Positions 1 to 11,244 of a stretch of 64,000 nt of DNA are shown here, piece after piece. The stretch spans positions 14,668-78,667 of the forward strand of contig NW_021833250.1 of assembly GCF_006345805.1 (NCBI RefSeq). The letters run 5' to 3'. The notes below the pieces were generated by a model that did no database searches, was not told the DNA's origin, and saw only the letters and a program-made list of their open reading frames with translations. A program made the translations under genes and the position numbers. The DNA comes from Octopus sinensis (lineage: Eukaryota). Positions within the stretch are counted from its first letter, which is position 1. Every line of letters begins with the position of its first letter.

Positions 1-493
1 CATCTTCCCACACAGCCTGAGACTCAACACGGAGGCCTACATCAAATGTCCGGAGACGGTAGGGCTGCTCTGGATGAAAAGGGTGACTGGTGGAAGACCT
101 TATGTCTGGCAACAAGACTCTGCACTATGCCACACAAGCAGGATAGACTATGCATGGCTGTCAGTCAATTTCTGCGACCACATCACCCTTAACATCTGGC
201 CAAATAACTCCCCAGACTGCAACCCCTTTGAGTATTATGTGTGGGTTGCAGTTGAGCGAGTGACCAACAAAACTCCTTGTAACGCCAAAGATGAACTGAA
301 GGCAAGGACTTTGGCAGATTTCACCAACTTAAACAGGAAGACCGCCCAGAAGAGTCGCATGAGATTCCGAAGTCGTCTGGAGGCTGTGGTTACAGCCAAT
401 GGCGATTTTATTAAAATGATTTTATTAAAATAAGGTGTCAGCGCTATTTTCATTTTTGTGTAATTTAGACGACAGTTTATTTACCGCACCCTG
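1..493 (+). mobile_element. Tc1/mariner-superfamily transposon 3' remnant (DDE transposase C-terminus + right TIR)
   Basis: ORF 74-433 has YVWQQDSALCH...WPNNSPDCNPFEYYVW. The element ends ...gcaccctg followed by TA at 493. The window start truncates it. Confidence 0.85.
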
Positions 494-581
<88 letters not shown>

Positions 582-849
582 ATAGTTATCGCCATACTAA
601 TATGGCATTCTTATAAAAATAAGAAAAAAGCTGTCCGCTATTAGCTCCATGAGGCCATCGCCTTAAGTTAGCTATTTGATACACAAACTGTATCCATATA
701 ACCTTCGAACAAGGGAGGTCAGTCGCTCCACACTACTTGCATATTTGAGTTTGTTGGCACTGTTAGTTTCGAGCAGATCTTCAAAGCGATAACAAGCCGA
801 AAGGGTATGCTCCCACTTTCAGTGTTTTCAAATCCAAACCAGGGAGTTC

Positions 850-902
850 TGAGCTGATGATAGAAGTGTCGATTTTGACTAATCTTGAAACGTACGTTCT
901 CA
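850..902 (+). ncRNA. Minimal type-I hammerhead ribozyme motif
   Basis: TGAG-CTGATGA-[T AGA...TCT T stem II]-GAAA-C GTAC G-TT-CTCA. Stem I is tgag/ctca; stem III is the palindrome ACGTACGT; predicted GUU cleavage after 898. Confidence 0.7.
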
Positions 903-983
903 AATAACCTTTGCATTTGATTTTTTAATGTCTCTACCCCCATACTGTTCTCTTTTAGAGAGACTTAGTTATTTTAATATTTC

Positions 984-1029
984 TATTATTGAAAACAAGT
1001 GGATGTATTCCACCGAAACTAGGTAAATA
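984..1029 (+). ncRNA. Degenerate hammerhead-like motif
   Basis: tatt(a)-TTGAAAA-caa-GTGGA tgtat TCCAC-c-GAAA-C tag G-TA-aata. Extra nucleotides flank stem II. Confidence 0.4.
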
Positions 1030-1077
1030 AAACCATCGAACAGAGATTGTCGGAAGCGACACCTACTGGCTGGCTAC

Positions 1078-1119
1078 GCTGCATTGAAAAGGGGCAATAC
1101 CCCGAAACGCGTCTGTAGC
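1078..1119 (+). ncRNA. Minimal type-I hammerhead ribozyme, U3-A8 core variant
   Basis: GCTGCA-TTGAAAA-GGGG caata CCCC-GAAA-CGC-GTC-TGTAGC. 6-bp stem I (one G-U), 4-bp GC stem II, palindromic ACGCGT stem III, GUC triplet at 1111-1113. Confidence 0.8.
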
Positions 1120-1454
1120 TGCCGGTCAAGTAGTGTGGAGCGACTGACCTCCCTTGTTCGAAGGTTATATGGATACAGTTTGTGTATCAAATAGCTAATT
1201 TAAGGCGATGGCCTCATGGAGCTAATAAGCGGACAGCTTTTTTCTTATTTTTATAAGAATGCCATATTAGTATGGCGATAACTATTATTTTCCGGGAACG
1301 CTGCCGCTGTTCTCTTTTAGAGAGACTTAGTTATTTTAATATTTCTATTATATATATATATATATACAGTTTTCACGAGCAAAGTGTTCCGTTGATAGTA
1401 TCAGCTGTGACCCTTGTCGTCGTAACCGATGATGTGTTCCTATATATATATATA

Positions 1455-1730
1455 TGGAGCAGTTTGCTCGTGAAATTAACGTGCAAGTGACTGAGCAATC
1501 CACAGAGACGTGTACCCCTAACGTAGTTCTCAGGGAGATTCAGCGTGACAAAGAGTGTGACAAGGCCAGCCCTTTGAAATACAGGTGCAACTCATTTTTG
1601 CCAGCTGAATGGACTGGAGCAACGTGAAATAAAGTGTCTTGCTCAAGGACACAATGCGTCGCCAGGAATTGAACTCACGACCTTACAATCGTGAACCGAA
1701 TGCTTTAACCACTAAGTCACGCACCTTCAC
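1455..1730 (-). mobile_element. tRNA-derived SINE
   Basis: The minus strand begins gtgaaggtgcgtgacttagtggttaaagc...gagttcaattcctggc (A/B-box-like), followed by a gtgtccttgagcaagacact central domain. Confidence 0.75.
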
Positions 1731-2593
1731 TATATGTATATATATATATATATATATATTTCACCGTTTCTCGTACTGTTAGCGTTCCGTATTTCAGTCG
1801 AGTGTGTTAGTATTTATGTGGTAACATCGTAGTTTCGTCTTGGTATATGTTTGGCTGAAGAAGGTAAAGCAAATATGGGTGAGAGACATATCTTGCAAAA
1901 CCTGAAACCTGCAGGTACCACATTATCCATTTTCCGGGTGTTTCATCTTTCAGATGTTCTCCCTGGAGGTAAGACGGTTTTTTTTCTCTATTTTGTTGCA
2001 CACACGCATTTTTACTAATACATACGCGGTGAAGCTACACATTAGCGTCGTAATTTTACGTTCGCTATTTCCAGTAAATATCGGTACTTAGTTGTGCCAT
2101 TTATTTACTAATTTGTATATATATATATATATATATATATTACTGTTGAGTGTAGTGAAGAAGTCCATTATTGTTTCTTGCTGGTATCAAAAGGAACCTC
2201 TTTTTTTTACCTTGTGTTCCAATGGTAGCAACAGTAGTGATTGTTGGTCGTAGTAGTTGGTCGTAATTTTGGCTTCCTTGGTGGTGGTTGGGGTTAGTAG
2301 TAGAGGACTGTTGATCGTAGCAGCAATAGTGGTGGGTTCACTGGCACTGTTCACTGACGTCACATAATTCCAAACCAATCAAAACCAAACTTCAACGAAT
2401 ACAAGGAAAAGACCCTTAACTGTATCCTGTAAGGAAACCAACCAAGCAGAACGACAAGCTTGACCACGGAAGAAAAACGTCATCAATTTTTTAACGAATC
2501 AAAATCAGATCTGCTCGCAGAAAAAAATTCTTTATATATATATATATATATATACGAAAGAAGGCTTGAAAATGCAATTTAAAAGATGTTTAT

Positions 2594-2638
2594 TTACTTA
2601 ACCGGTTTCACTCTTTGGAAAAAGATTGTCAAAAGTAA
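2594..2638 (-). ncRNA. Hammerhead motif, U3-A8 variant with imperfect stem II junction
   Basis: Minus strand: TTACTT-TTGACAA-TCTTT ttcc AAAGA-gt-GAAA-CCG-GTT-AAGTAA. 6-bp stem I, palindrome ACCGGT, two unpaired nt before GAAA. Confidence 0.55.
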
Positions 2639-3318
2639 CATATGGAAGTTTGGTTGCGTTAATTATTGGTTGTTGCAAATTGCTACATTACATGTATATA
2701 TACAGTCTTTGGTAACAGGGACATGTTAAGGACGTAAAAAAGTACAACAGTATGATGAGAATATAAAGAGGTTTAACAAGCTCATTGAAAAAATGGGCAG
2801 AAAAGATAAAAACAAATATATTATACATCTCAGGGTAATTTCCAGGAGGAATTATAAAAAAAAGTTCAGTACAGAATATTATGAATTCAAAAAAATTTAC
2901 ATTAAGATTTACATTAATGAAGTGGCGAGGTTGTTTACTGACCTGTCCGTTTTAGCAGAAATGTGGAATTGAAAAAGATGTACCCGTTTTTTTCTTTTTT
3001 TGGCTCTCCTTCAAGCATCAATGATTTTGGGGTTAGGATGAGGTGAATATGTGTGTCTCTGCGTGTATGTGTGCGTGCATACATATACATGTGGTGTGAA
3101 TAGATGTGTCTGTGTGTCTGTAGTATTTGGTCAGATGGTGTCTGTTTGTCAAGTGTGTGTGGTTGTCATGGAGTTGTGTGTGCGTGTGTGTGCGCGTGTG
3201 TGTGTTTGTATGTGCGTGCGTGCGTGTGTACGCATGTATGAGTGTGGATGACATTTGACATGGTGCTGCGTGTGTATATATGTGCATACAACTATTCTGG
3301 ACGGACTCCTCGTTTAAG

Positions 3319-3947
3319 TTAGTGAAATGCTGGCATAGTTCTTGCCTTCATCTTCGGTACACCCCACACATAATACTCAAAGGGGTTGCAGTCTGGGGAG
3401 TTACTTGGCCAGATGTTAAGGGTGATGTGGTCGCAGAAATTGACTGACAGCCATGCATGGTCTATCCTGCTTGTGTGGCATAGTTCAGAGTCTTGTTGCC
3501 AGACATAATGTCTCCAGCAGCCACCTTTTTCATCCAGAGCAGCCCTTCCGTCTCCAGACATTTGATGTAGGCCTCCGTGTTGAGTTTGAGGCCATGTGGA
3601 AAGATGAATTGGGGCATAACGTCGCCATCACTAATGACCACTCCAAACACCATGATGTTGAATGGATGTTTAATTTTTATCACACTCGGTACATGTCTTC
3701 AGATTGCACTGTCCTCAGATTGGCACCCAAACACTGAAATGTTCGTATTGAAGCTTCAGGCGTGAATGCCAAGCAGTACATGTTGTTTTCAAATTTCTGT
3801 GAGAGTGAATTGCGTCATGGCGCTATTTTTCTCACAGACGGTGCGCAACTGACCCTACTATACCGTGTAGCCGACAAAATCAAAAACAAACTATGCGCCT
3901 ACGCGAAATTAGAAATATAAAATGGCGGCAACTTATCCTTCGCTCTC

Positions 3948-3949
<2 letters not shown>
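3319..3949 (-). mobile_element. Tc1/mariner remnant (left TIR + internally deleted transposase), inverted relative to the copy at 1-493
   Basis: 3370-3606 is the reverse complement of 1-240 with few differences. Frameshifted ORFs carry MVFGVVISDG and WQQDS...SPDCNPFEYY. The end cagagagcg abuts (TA)n. Confidence 0.85.
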
Positions 3950-3995
<46 letters not shown>

Positions 3996-3996
<1 letters not shown>

Positions 3997-5606
3997 TAGC
4001 AGTAGAGCCTGGCGTTGCCCGAGATTAAGTTAGGATTATCAAGCTAATAAAGTATTTGTTTCAAACCAAACTAAGTTACACCGACGTTAAATTTGAGCGA
4101 GATCCATTGATATTGGTAAACGTTTGGCCGAAAATGGGTTGCAGACAACTTGATTGGGAAATCCCACAAGGAATCGGTTTATCGATTTTTCCACTCATCG
4201 ATTGTTTTTTTTTTTTTTTTGGAGCACTTAAAGCATTCAAAAATCCCATGAGTCCTAAGTAACACCGGCATAGGTTTCAACAAAATACGTCAAAATTGGG
4301 AAAAGTTATAGTTGAAAATGGGGAGTAGCCAATTTTAGTGGGAAATCCTATAAGGAATTGGTTTATCGCTTTTACATCCTGATTGAATGGAAAACCCTAT
4401 AAGAATCAGTTTATTGATTTTTCACCCTAAATAGGACTTAACCGAACACAACATTGCTGATTCAAAAAGAATCTCTATATTTATACTTTAAAGTTGGTTT
4501 TCACACCCAACCCAGTTCTGCAGAATCAGTGTCATGACGGGTACGCTTGGGCTGGGAGTGTGACCGGCAGAGGTGATCAGGTTTCACATGCCGGCCGTTT
4601 CGAAACTTCTCCCCCATCATCTAACCCTGGCCCATGGGTTGGGAACCCTTCCGGCAAGGAAAATAGAACGCCCAAAAGGGCTCTCGATCCTCTGTGTCAG
4701 AAGAGGTTATGTTCAGATCACAACTAAGCCTTAACCGAAGCCTAAACTAAACTAACTAAAGTGGGCTCGGGAACCTCTAAAAGGCAGTGACTAATCCTAA
4801 CTCCTCCTAGGGGTACTATCGTTCAAGGCTGCATCGAAGCTAAAGGTTGCCTCGTAGATCTGCATCGAAGATCTGCATTGGGGAAGGTTGCATCGAAGGT
4901 TTGTACTGGATAAGGATGGATCAATGGTTTGCATTAGAGATCTGCAGTTAAGAAGGTTGACTAAAAGATTTGGATTGGATAAGGTAGCATTAGAGATCTG
5001 AATTGGAGAAGGTTGATTCGAAGGCTTGCATTGGGGATTCGGATTGGAGTAGCTTAGGAAAACTTACCAACAGACTTAACAAAAAAATAAGGGGCCTGGC
5101 ACTTCTAGCCTAACTCTATGAGCAACTTGGCCAAGCGCTGATATCAGCCAAGTGAGCATTGTTGTTGGAGAAGTCAGCATTGTACAGTAAAGAAGAGGAA
5201 GTGTCCATGAGTCATGTTTGCCGTCGTTTGAGAATATGTCCGACCAATGCTTCCGGCTTATAACCACATAGGCTACAATGATGACTTGTTCTTTCTACGT
5301 CTATAAAACTTCACTATAGACAACATTGCGTGTTCTGCCCTGAGGATCATACACAAAAAGAGCGTTTCTACTCCCCACACGAGAGCAGGCCACATGAAGT
5401 TGCCCATGTGAAAAGCACGGCTCTCCCAAATGGATGCCCGCTACCGAAAGTGTTTGGCCTTGGGATTTGTTGATGGACATGGCGAAGCATGGCCTCACCA
5501 GGAACTGCGATCTGCGGAAGTTAAACGGCATCCCGAGAGATAAAGGTGCATCCTTGGAATGAAACATTTTCCCCGCTCCTGCACCCCGTAACAATGGTGG
5601 CTTCAA
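3996..5606 (-). mobile_element. Helitron 3' portion: PIF1-type helicase C-terminus, 3' UTR and terminal hairpin/CTAG
   Basis: ORF 5301-5606 has FAMSINKSQGQTL...FSHGQLHVACSRV. The minus strand ends in a cgggc-aac-gcc hairpin then CTAG at 3999-3996. 3996-5040 is homologous (inverted) to 58800-59577. Confidence 0.85.
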
Positions 5607-6411
5607 TAAAGTGGGGCGTCAGGGACTTGTCTACCAAGCGGGTCCCGTTGCACTGTTTAGGCGGATAAAGCGTGTAGTCTTTATCCCATTTGAGTTTTAT
5701 TGAATGGTTCTATAAAATTTTCTTAACAATAGGATATATTGTAAGTTTACACACACATACACACACACACACATACACACACAAACACATACACACACAT
5801 ACACACACATACACACATACACACACACACACACACCACACACACAAACACACACTTGGTGTTACTGTTGTTGTGATGCGTGTAGTCTTTATTCCATTTG
5901 AGTAGTTGTTTTGAGTGAAAACGTGCCGTTTGAAGTATTCATCTCGTTGGATGGTAGGTTTTCTTGAGTGGGGGATTAAAGCAGTGACTTATTTCTGGTA
6001 TCATTATATCATTGAAGATTTTATGGCAGGAGATAAGTTTCAGTGAAGGCTAATCTTTGTTTTGAGTCACAGAGTTGTCAATGATCTATCAGCTGTTAAG
6101 GTACAGCTTCGGTAAATTCCGTAAAAAAATTTTATTTGTTTTTTTGAACTGGAAATGTACATTTAATTTGACGTTAGCATAAAGTGAAAAAGAGAGAAAA
6201 TGACAGGGACATGTGTATATGTTGATGGTGGGATGTGAGATAGAAAGTGTGTGTGTGAGAGAGAGAGAAGGTGTGTGCTGATGTGTGTGTGTGTGTGTTT
6301 GTGAGGGAGAGAGGGAGAGTGACAGCGTACATTTTTTAATTTATTTTCCCTCGCATCTTTTTGGAGTGAGTGATTAACTGAAAGAGAGAGAGTGAGAGAG
6401 AGAGAGAGAGT

Positions 6412-6442
<31 letters not shown>

Positions 6443-6783
6443 ATAGCGTAACACCCCTCTCTCTCACACACCAAAAAAAGATGCGAGAAAAAGCAAATAA
6501 AATTTATGGTATCTCTCTCTGTCTCTCGCTGTTTCTCTCTCTCTCTGTCTCACACACACAGTAACATACACTTTCTCTCTCATTCCGACAACACACATCA
6601 CTCTCTTTGTCTCTCTCTCTCTGTCTCTCTCTCTCTCTCTCTGTCTTTCTCGCTCAGTCAATCACGCACACACTCAAGAAAGATGCGAGGAAGACAATTT
6701 TTTTTGCTTATAACAGGGGAAAACAAAAAAATAGATAGAAGTATGGTTAGAGGATGAATAATTAGTATAGAGATCATGAGGGA

Positions 6784-6898
6784 AGAAGAAGAAGAAGAAG
6801 AAGAAGAAGAAGAAGAAGAAGAGAAGAAGAAGAAGAAGAAGAAGAAGAAGAAGAAGAAGAAGAAGAAGAAGAAGAAGAAGAAGAAGAAGAAGAAGAAA
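6784..6898. repeat. (GAA)n microsatellite
   Basis: Direct reading. Many other (TA)n, (CA)n, (GA)n, (AAAG)n, (TATG)n and (TAA)n tracts occur throughout the window. Confidence 0.95.
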
Positions 6899-7399
6899 GG
6901 AAAAAGCAATATATAACAAGTCGGTGTATCTGGACTAAAGATTCTCAAAATGGTCAACGATTCCCAGAATACTTATAGGTAAAAGCAGAGAACTGGAGTT
7001 CAGAAAAGTGATTTAAAAATTTATAAACAATGTTATTTTTCAACGAATATTGTTTGGGTGCATTGAAGATATGTAAAATAAAGAAAATATAGAATATATA
7101 GAAAAATAAATTTGAAATTTAAAATTTCAGTATGTCCAAGAGCACTAGTATAATTACAATATCGTGTCATATAATAAGTTGGTAAGATGCATAGATTGAA
7201 AATTAATACTTAGTAACGTTGATATAATAGCCCTATAAAGGAGACTGCAGTAAAATGGGTTTATAAAGTTTGAAGATTAAGAAAGATAAAGATTAAAATT
7301 TAGAATGAGCAGAAGCAAAACTTTATATTAAGTTTTGCAGTAAGTTGCTAATTTTAAATGATAAATTGAATGTGAGAAACTTTTCGGAACAAATGCCCG

Positions 7400-8000
7400 A
7401 TATACAATCACCTAAGAAGGCCTTCATGTATGCCCTGCCACTTCTGTCGATAGACAAGCAAATCATGCAGAGTCCCTCTTGGAGCTACGAGCTGATAGTG
7501 ATAAAGAATGTGATTCAGAGTAAAAGAGTCGCGTAGTCTGACACTTATTAGAATAGTGCAAGATAAGAGTAAAATTTAGAATAGCTGGAGGAAGCATTCC
7601 AAGAGATTAGGAAGAACCATTTAAGAGCTTGGGGCATATATACGCTGGGACATTGTCAGATACGAGTCGTGGGATGCAGATCATGAAACAAGCCAGGAGT
7701 GGACTAACAGTTGGTTCGAAGCTACCAGGGAAGCAAACTAAGGTGCTTACATTTCGGCTTATATCCGCAACTTTCGTGGCCACTTTTAATATACGAGGTG
7801 GCATAACACGAGTCCAAATCATTGAGAAAAAGTGCAATGCATTCATTAGAAAGTGGTTAGGCGTACGTCGGATATTGAACAGCTCAGCTTTTTATCGAAA
7901 AGAGGCTCAATGCAATTACCACTGGAGTCAGTAGTCGAAATTAATGTAGTAAGGAAGGTGTGAACGGTGATGATGCTAAGAGAATCGAAGGATGTAGAAA
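7400..8000 (+). mobile_element. Degenerate HERO/NeSL-like (RLE-type) non-LTR reverse transcriptase fragment
   Basis: Frameshifted translation EEPFKSLGHIYAGTLSD...LPGK / CLHFGLYPQLSWPLLIYEV / FIRKWLGVRRILNSSAFY matches the RT thumb region of this group, by recall. Confidence 0.6.
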
Positions 8001-8109
8001 TCAGGTAAAATCCACCAGATTACTATACAAAGTAGTTAAAACTGATGGAATAATTTCTGGAATATTGGAATAATTATATTTTTGGGAAAATGTTAATAGT
8101 TTCGTAAAT

Positions 8110-10926
8110 TCATTTGGATTCATTTCCTTTTGGAAATTCATAAATTGTGTGAATAACTTTGTGTGACAGAGACGTATCAAAATGAAATTTAGCATTAATT
8201 TTCGACAATACATTAGGCATCCATGAAGTCATCAATATCAAAGCAATCCGTGCGAATGCTGATAGATCAAAATCCTTTCGATTTATTATGTTATTGCAAG
8301 CAAAGAAAAAAGATACGATTAAAAATAATTTTACAATGGCTTTACCAATCTCGTAACTCAAAGGAAAATACTCGTTAACGATTGCTTCAAACAATTTGGC
8401 ATCAATGTATTCCTCTTCATATTTTAACTGAACTAATTTTGGTTTTATAGTTTTGGTAAACATTATTGATTGAACTAGTATCCCTTTATAATGTTCCTGA
8501 ATAGCGTTCATAACTGTAAAAGCGTGAACGAAAAACATGGCAATAAGCCATATACCACCGACAGTATCAGGTTTAGCAAGCATTGCAATAGCTATTGAAA
8601 ATACATAAGTGCAAATGATTTGAAAACTCATAAGAAATACATAGCCTGAAGCAAATGCCCATAATATAAAAAACGGCAATGACGGCAATGATAAAATTTT
8701 ATCAGGACACTTGGAAGGATATATATTTTTCTTCATTAGAGGTAAAATATATTTTTTGAAATAACTTAATGGTAAAGTTAGAATCAAATATATGAATGGG
8801 ATTCCGTAATAAACGAGGCGGAGAAGTAATTCACAGATAAAAAATACAACAAATAAAATTGTAGCCAAAATAGGAAGCAAACATAATATAATTTTTATAA
8901 AAATATTACTCTTGCAGAAAATAGTCCACATTTTATGTATACGCGTAATCCACTTAACAAATATAGATTTCCAGAAATATGGGTCGGCAGCAATGAAAAC
9001 TTTAACTTTAATTATTGCAAGGAGTCGATCATAACCCTGAAGTGTAGAAAAAGAATCTTCTTTGAGTTTTGTATCTAATATACTTTCAGCGATAATCTCA
9101 CTTAAATGACTGGGAAGAACAAACAGGATAAAGTTAAAAATTATGTAGCTGATTATCCCCAAAAAGGGACCCCAAACAAAACAATCTGAAAGTTCATAGC
9201 TTTTCTGGATTCCTAGAATGAAGGAGCGATAACCCAATGGAATGCGATCATGTAAAAATATTGTCACCGTTTCATATAAAAATAAGTAATACATTAAAAG
9301 ATCTAGAAGAATTACTGAGAGAGAAAGCAAAATAAGAATACCTCTTCTTAGTCTTGAAACAAACAAAGTCGAATAATGAAAACAAAACAACCAATATAAA
9401 AAATGAGAGAAACTGTAAATATTATGTTGTATACTAATCCATTCTGATTTGTCTGGCAATGCGTATTTACATAGATATTCATTGTTAGGTAATTGTTGCT
9501 GGTGAGGTTCTAGGGAGTTTGGCGATGTGTCTTCATTTTGAGAATTTAATCTCTCGTTAGTTGACTGTTGCTGGTTAGGTTCTAGGGAATTCGGCGATGT
9601 GTCTTCATTTCGAGAATGCACTTCCTCGTTAATTGATGGTTGCTGGTTAGGTTCATTTGAATTTGGTGATGAGGGTAGAATTTCCAAATGCACTTCCTCG
9701 TTAGTTGATTGTTGATGGTTAGGTTCTAGGGAATTTGGTGATGAGGGTAGAATTTCCAAATGCACTTCCTCGTTAGTTGATTGTTGATGGTTAGGTTCTA
9801 GGGAATTTGGTGATGAGGGTAGAATTTCCAAATGCACTTCCTCGTTAGTTGATTGTTGATGGTTAGGTTCTAGGGAATTTGGTGATGAGGGTAGAATTTC
9901 CAAATGCACTTCCTCGTTAGTTGATTGTTGATGGTTAGGTTCTAGGGAATTTGGTGATGAGGGTAGAATTTCCAAATGCACTTCCTCGTTAGTTGATTGT
10001 TGATGGTTAGGTTCTAGGGAATTTGGTGATGAGGGTAGAGTTTCCAAATGCACTTCCTCGTTAGTTGATTGTTGCTGGTTAGGTTCATTTGAATTTGGTG
10101 ATGAGGGTAGAATATCCAAATGCACCTCCGCGTTACCTGATTGTGGCTGGTTGCAGGAATACGGAGGTAATTTAGCTTTTGATATAAACCTGATATACAA
10201 TGGAAATATGGCCAACAGAACTGCTCCAACAACATTTGCACAATTGACAAACATACTGTTTTCAATGGTATTTCCAGAACAAATGGATTTTGGTTCATAA
10301 GTAGTATTATCATTTTTATGTAGTTCACAACAATAATTCTTCAGTATCTCACGATAAATACCCAATATTCTGTACGCTAATAACGTATAAGGACTGTTCT
10401 TCTGCATGTCGTGCGACAAATTTATAAAGAAACACATATATCCAGATTCTCCCATCTGCGATTCATTGATAAATACGATTCTCTTTAATTCCTCGAAAAT
10501 CGAATATATTACATCGTATCGCTGAACATTTTGTTTTCCACAATTCATATCGATATCAATACTTGGAGTAGCAATGTAAGCGTCTAATATATTAAATGAG
10601 CGAATTGAAAAGTCAAAGAGGACATTTTTATACATTACTAAACCATCTGGTTTATCTGGAATCCATGTGAAACGTCTCGCATTTGCAAAATAATCTAGTG
10701 GCACAGGATTGAGAAGGCCATCAATTTTTTTATCAATTATATGGACTTCAAAATTGAAAACTTGTTTGCCTGATCTTACTAGACGAGTTAAATTTTTAAT
10801 GACAGTGGGAGAAATTTCAGTTGTACAATTATTTCTGTGTTCTTTTGCATATGTGTTTAGTGATGTGAGAGAAATAATAAGGATGACTGATAAAAGAGGT
10901 GCTGTTACCATCTGCATGACAGCCAT
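8110..10926 (-). CDS. Uncharacterised multi-pass membrane protein, paralog 1 (938 aa), CDS in one exon
   Basis: Uninterrupted 938-codon ORF in DNA otherwise full of stops. Hydrophobic N-terminal signal, Cys-containing ectodomain, many hydrophobic helices. Colinear with the ORF at 51551-53761. Confidence 0.9.
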   Translation of the reverse strand: MAVMQMVTAPLLSVILIISLTSLNTYAKEHRNNCTTEISPTVIKNLTRLVRSGKQVFNFEVHIIDKKIDGLLNPVPLDYFANARRFTWIPDKPDGLVMYKNVLFDFSIRSFNILDAYIATPSIDIDMNCGKQNVQRYDVIYSIFEELKRIVFINESQMGESGYMCFFINLSHDMQKNSPYTLLAYRILGIYREILKNYCCELHKNDNTTYEPKSICSGNTIENSMFVNCANVVGAVLLAIFPLYIRFISKAKLPPYSCNQPQSGNAEVHLDILPSSPNSNEPNQQQSTNEEVHLETLPSSPNSLEPNHQQSTNEEVHLEILPSSPNSLEPNHQQSTNEEVHLEILPSSPNSLEPNHQQSTNEEVHLEILPSSPNSLEPNHQQSTNEEVHLEILPSSPNSLEPNHQQSTNEEVHLEILPSSPNSNEPNQQPSINEEVHSRNEDTSPNSLEPNQQQSTNERLNSQNEDTSPNSLEPHQQQLPNNEYLCKYALPDKSEWISIQHNIYSFSHFLYWLFCFHYSTLFVSRLRRGILILLSLSVILLDLLMYYLFLYETVTIFLHDRIPLGYRSFILGIQKSYELSDCFVWGPFLGIISYIIFNFILFVLPSHLSEIIAESILDTKLKEDSFSTLQGYDRLLAIIKVKVFIAADPYFWKSIFVKWITRIHKMWTIFCKSNIFIKIILCLLPILATILFVVFFICELLLRLVYYGIPFIYLILTLPLSYFKKYILPLMKKNIYPSKCPDKILSLPSLPFFILWAFASGYVFLMSFQIICTYVFSIAIAMLAKPDTVGGIWLIAMFFVHAFTVMNAIQEHYKGILVQSIMFTKTIKPKLVQLKYEEEYIDAKLFEAIVNEYFPLSYEIGKAIVKLFLIVSFFFACNNIINRKDFDLSAFARIALILMTSWMPNVLSKINAKFHFDTSLSHKVIHTIYEFPKGNESK
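9481..10128 (-). repeat. Coding minisatellite, 9 x 72 bp (24 aa: EVHLEILPSSPNSLEPNHQQSTNE)
   Basis: Period 72 read directly (atttggtgat at 9661 and 9733). Four central units encode identical peptides. Confidence 0.95.
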
Positions 10927-11177
10927 GTTTCGTTTTCTGTAATAAAGAAAAATTGAACATATAAATTAATGGAGGTTTAATTTCATTTTCCTTATTCCGT
11001 AACTATTTAGAATGGAAAATATTTATTCAAAACTAAAGGTAACTGTCTTGTAGCTTGTTTAGTTTTGTTTATTCTTTAATCATGCTTTCGTTCATAGTCA
11101 TACTGTGTATATTTTCATATCAATCTCTTGACACTTCCTCTTGAAATTTTTATTGTGATTTCTTTGAGTGCAAAAAA

Positions 11178-11244
<67 letters not shown>

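Larger units (their letters stand above)
579..1288. repeat. Inverted repeat (arms 579-739 and 1127-1288) enclosing hammerhead motifs; Penelope-like pLTR remnant
   Basis: The ~160 bp arms are near-perfect reverse complements. 944-989 is also directly repeated at ~1307-1351. Confidence 0.8.

Noticed and set aside
9481-10128. CRISPR-like regular repeat
   Set aside because: The units are contiguous and in-frame with no unique spacers, and the context is eukaryotic. This is a coding minisatellite.
10014-10328. Alternative-frame ORFs overlapping the membrane genes (also 25716-26084 and 52966-53163)
   Set aside because: They are shadows of the conserved main frame, with different lengths in each paralog. 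There is no independent evidence of coding.
8110-10926. Assignment of the membrane proteins to cephalopod chemotactile (Cys-loop) receptors or GPCRs
   Set aside because: Length, ectodomain Cys spacing and the number of hydrophobic helices fit neither the 4-TM nor the 7-TM architecture.
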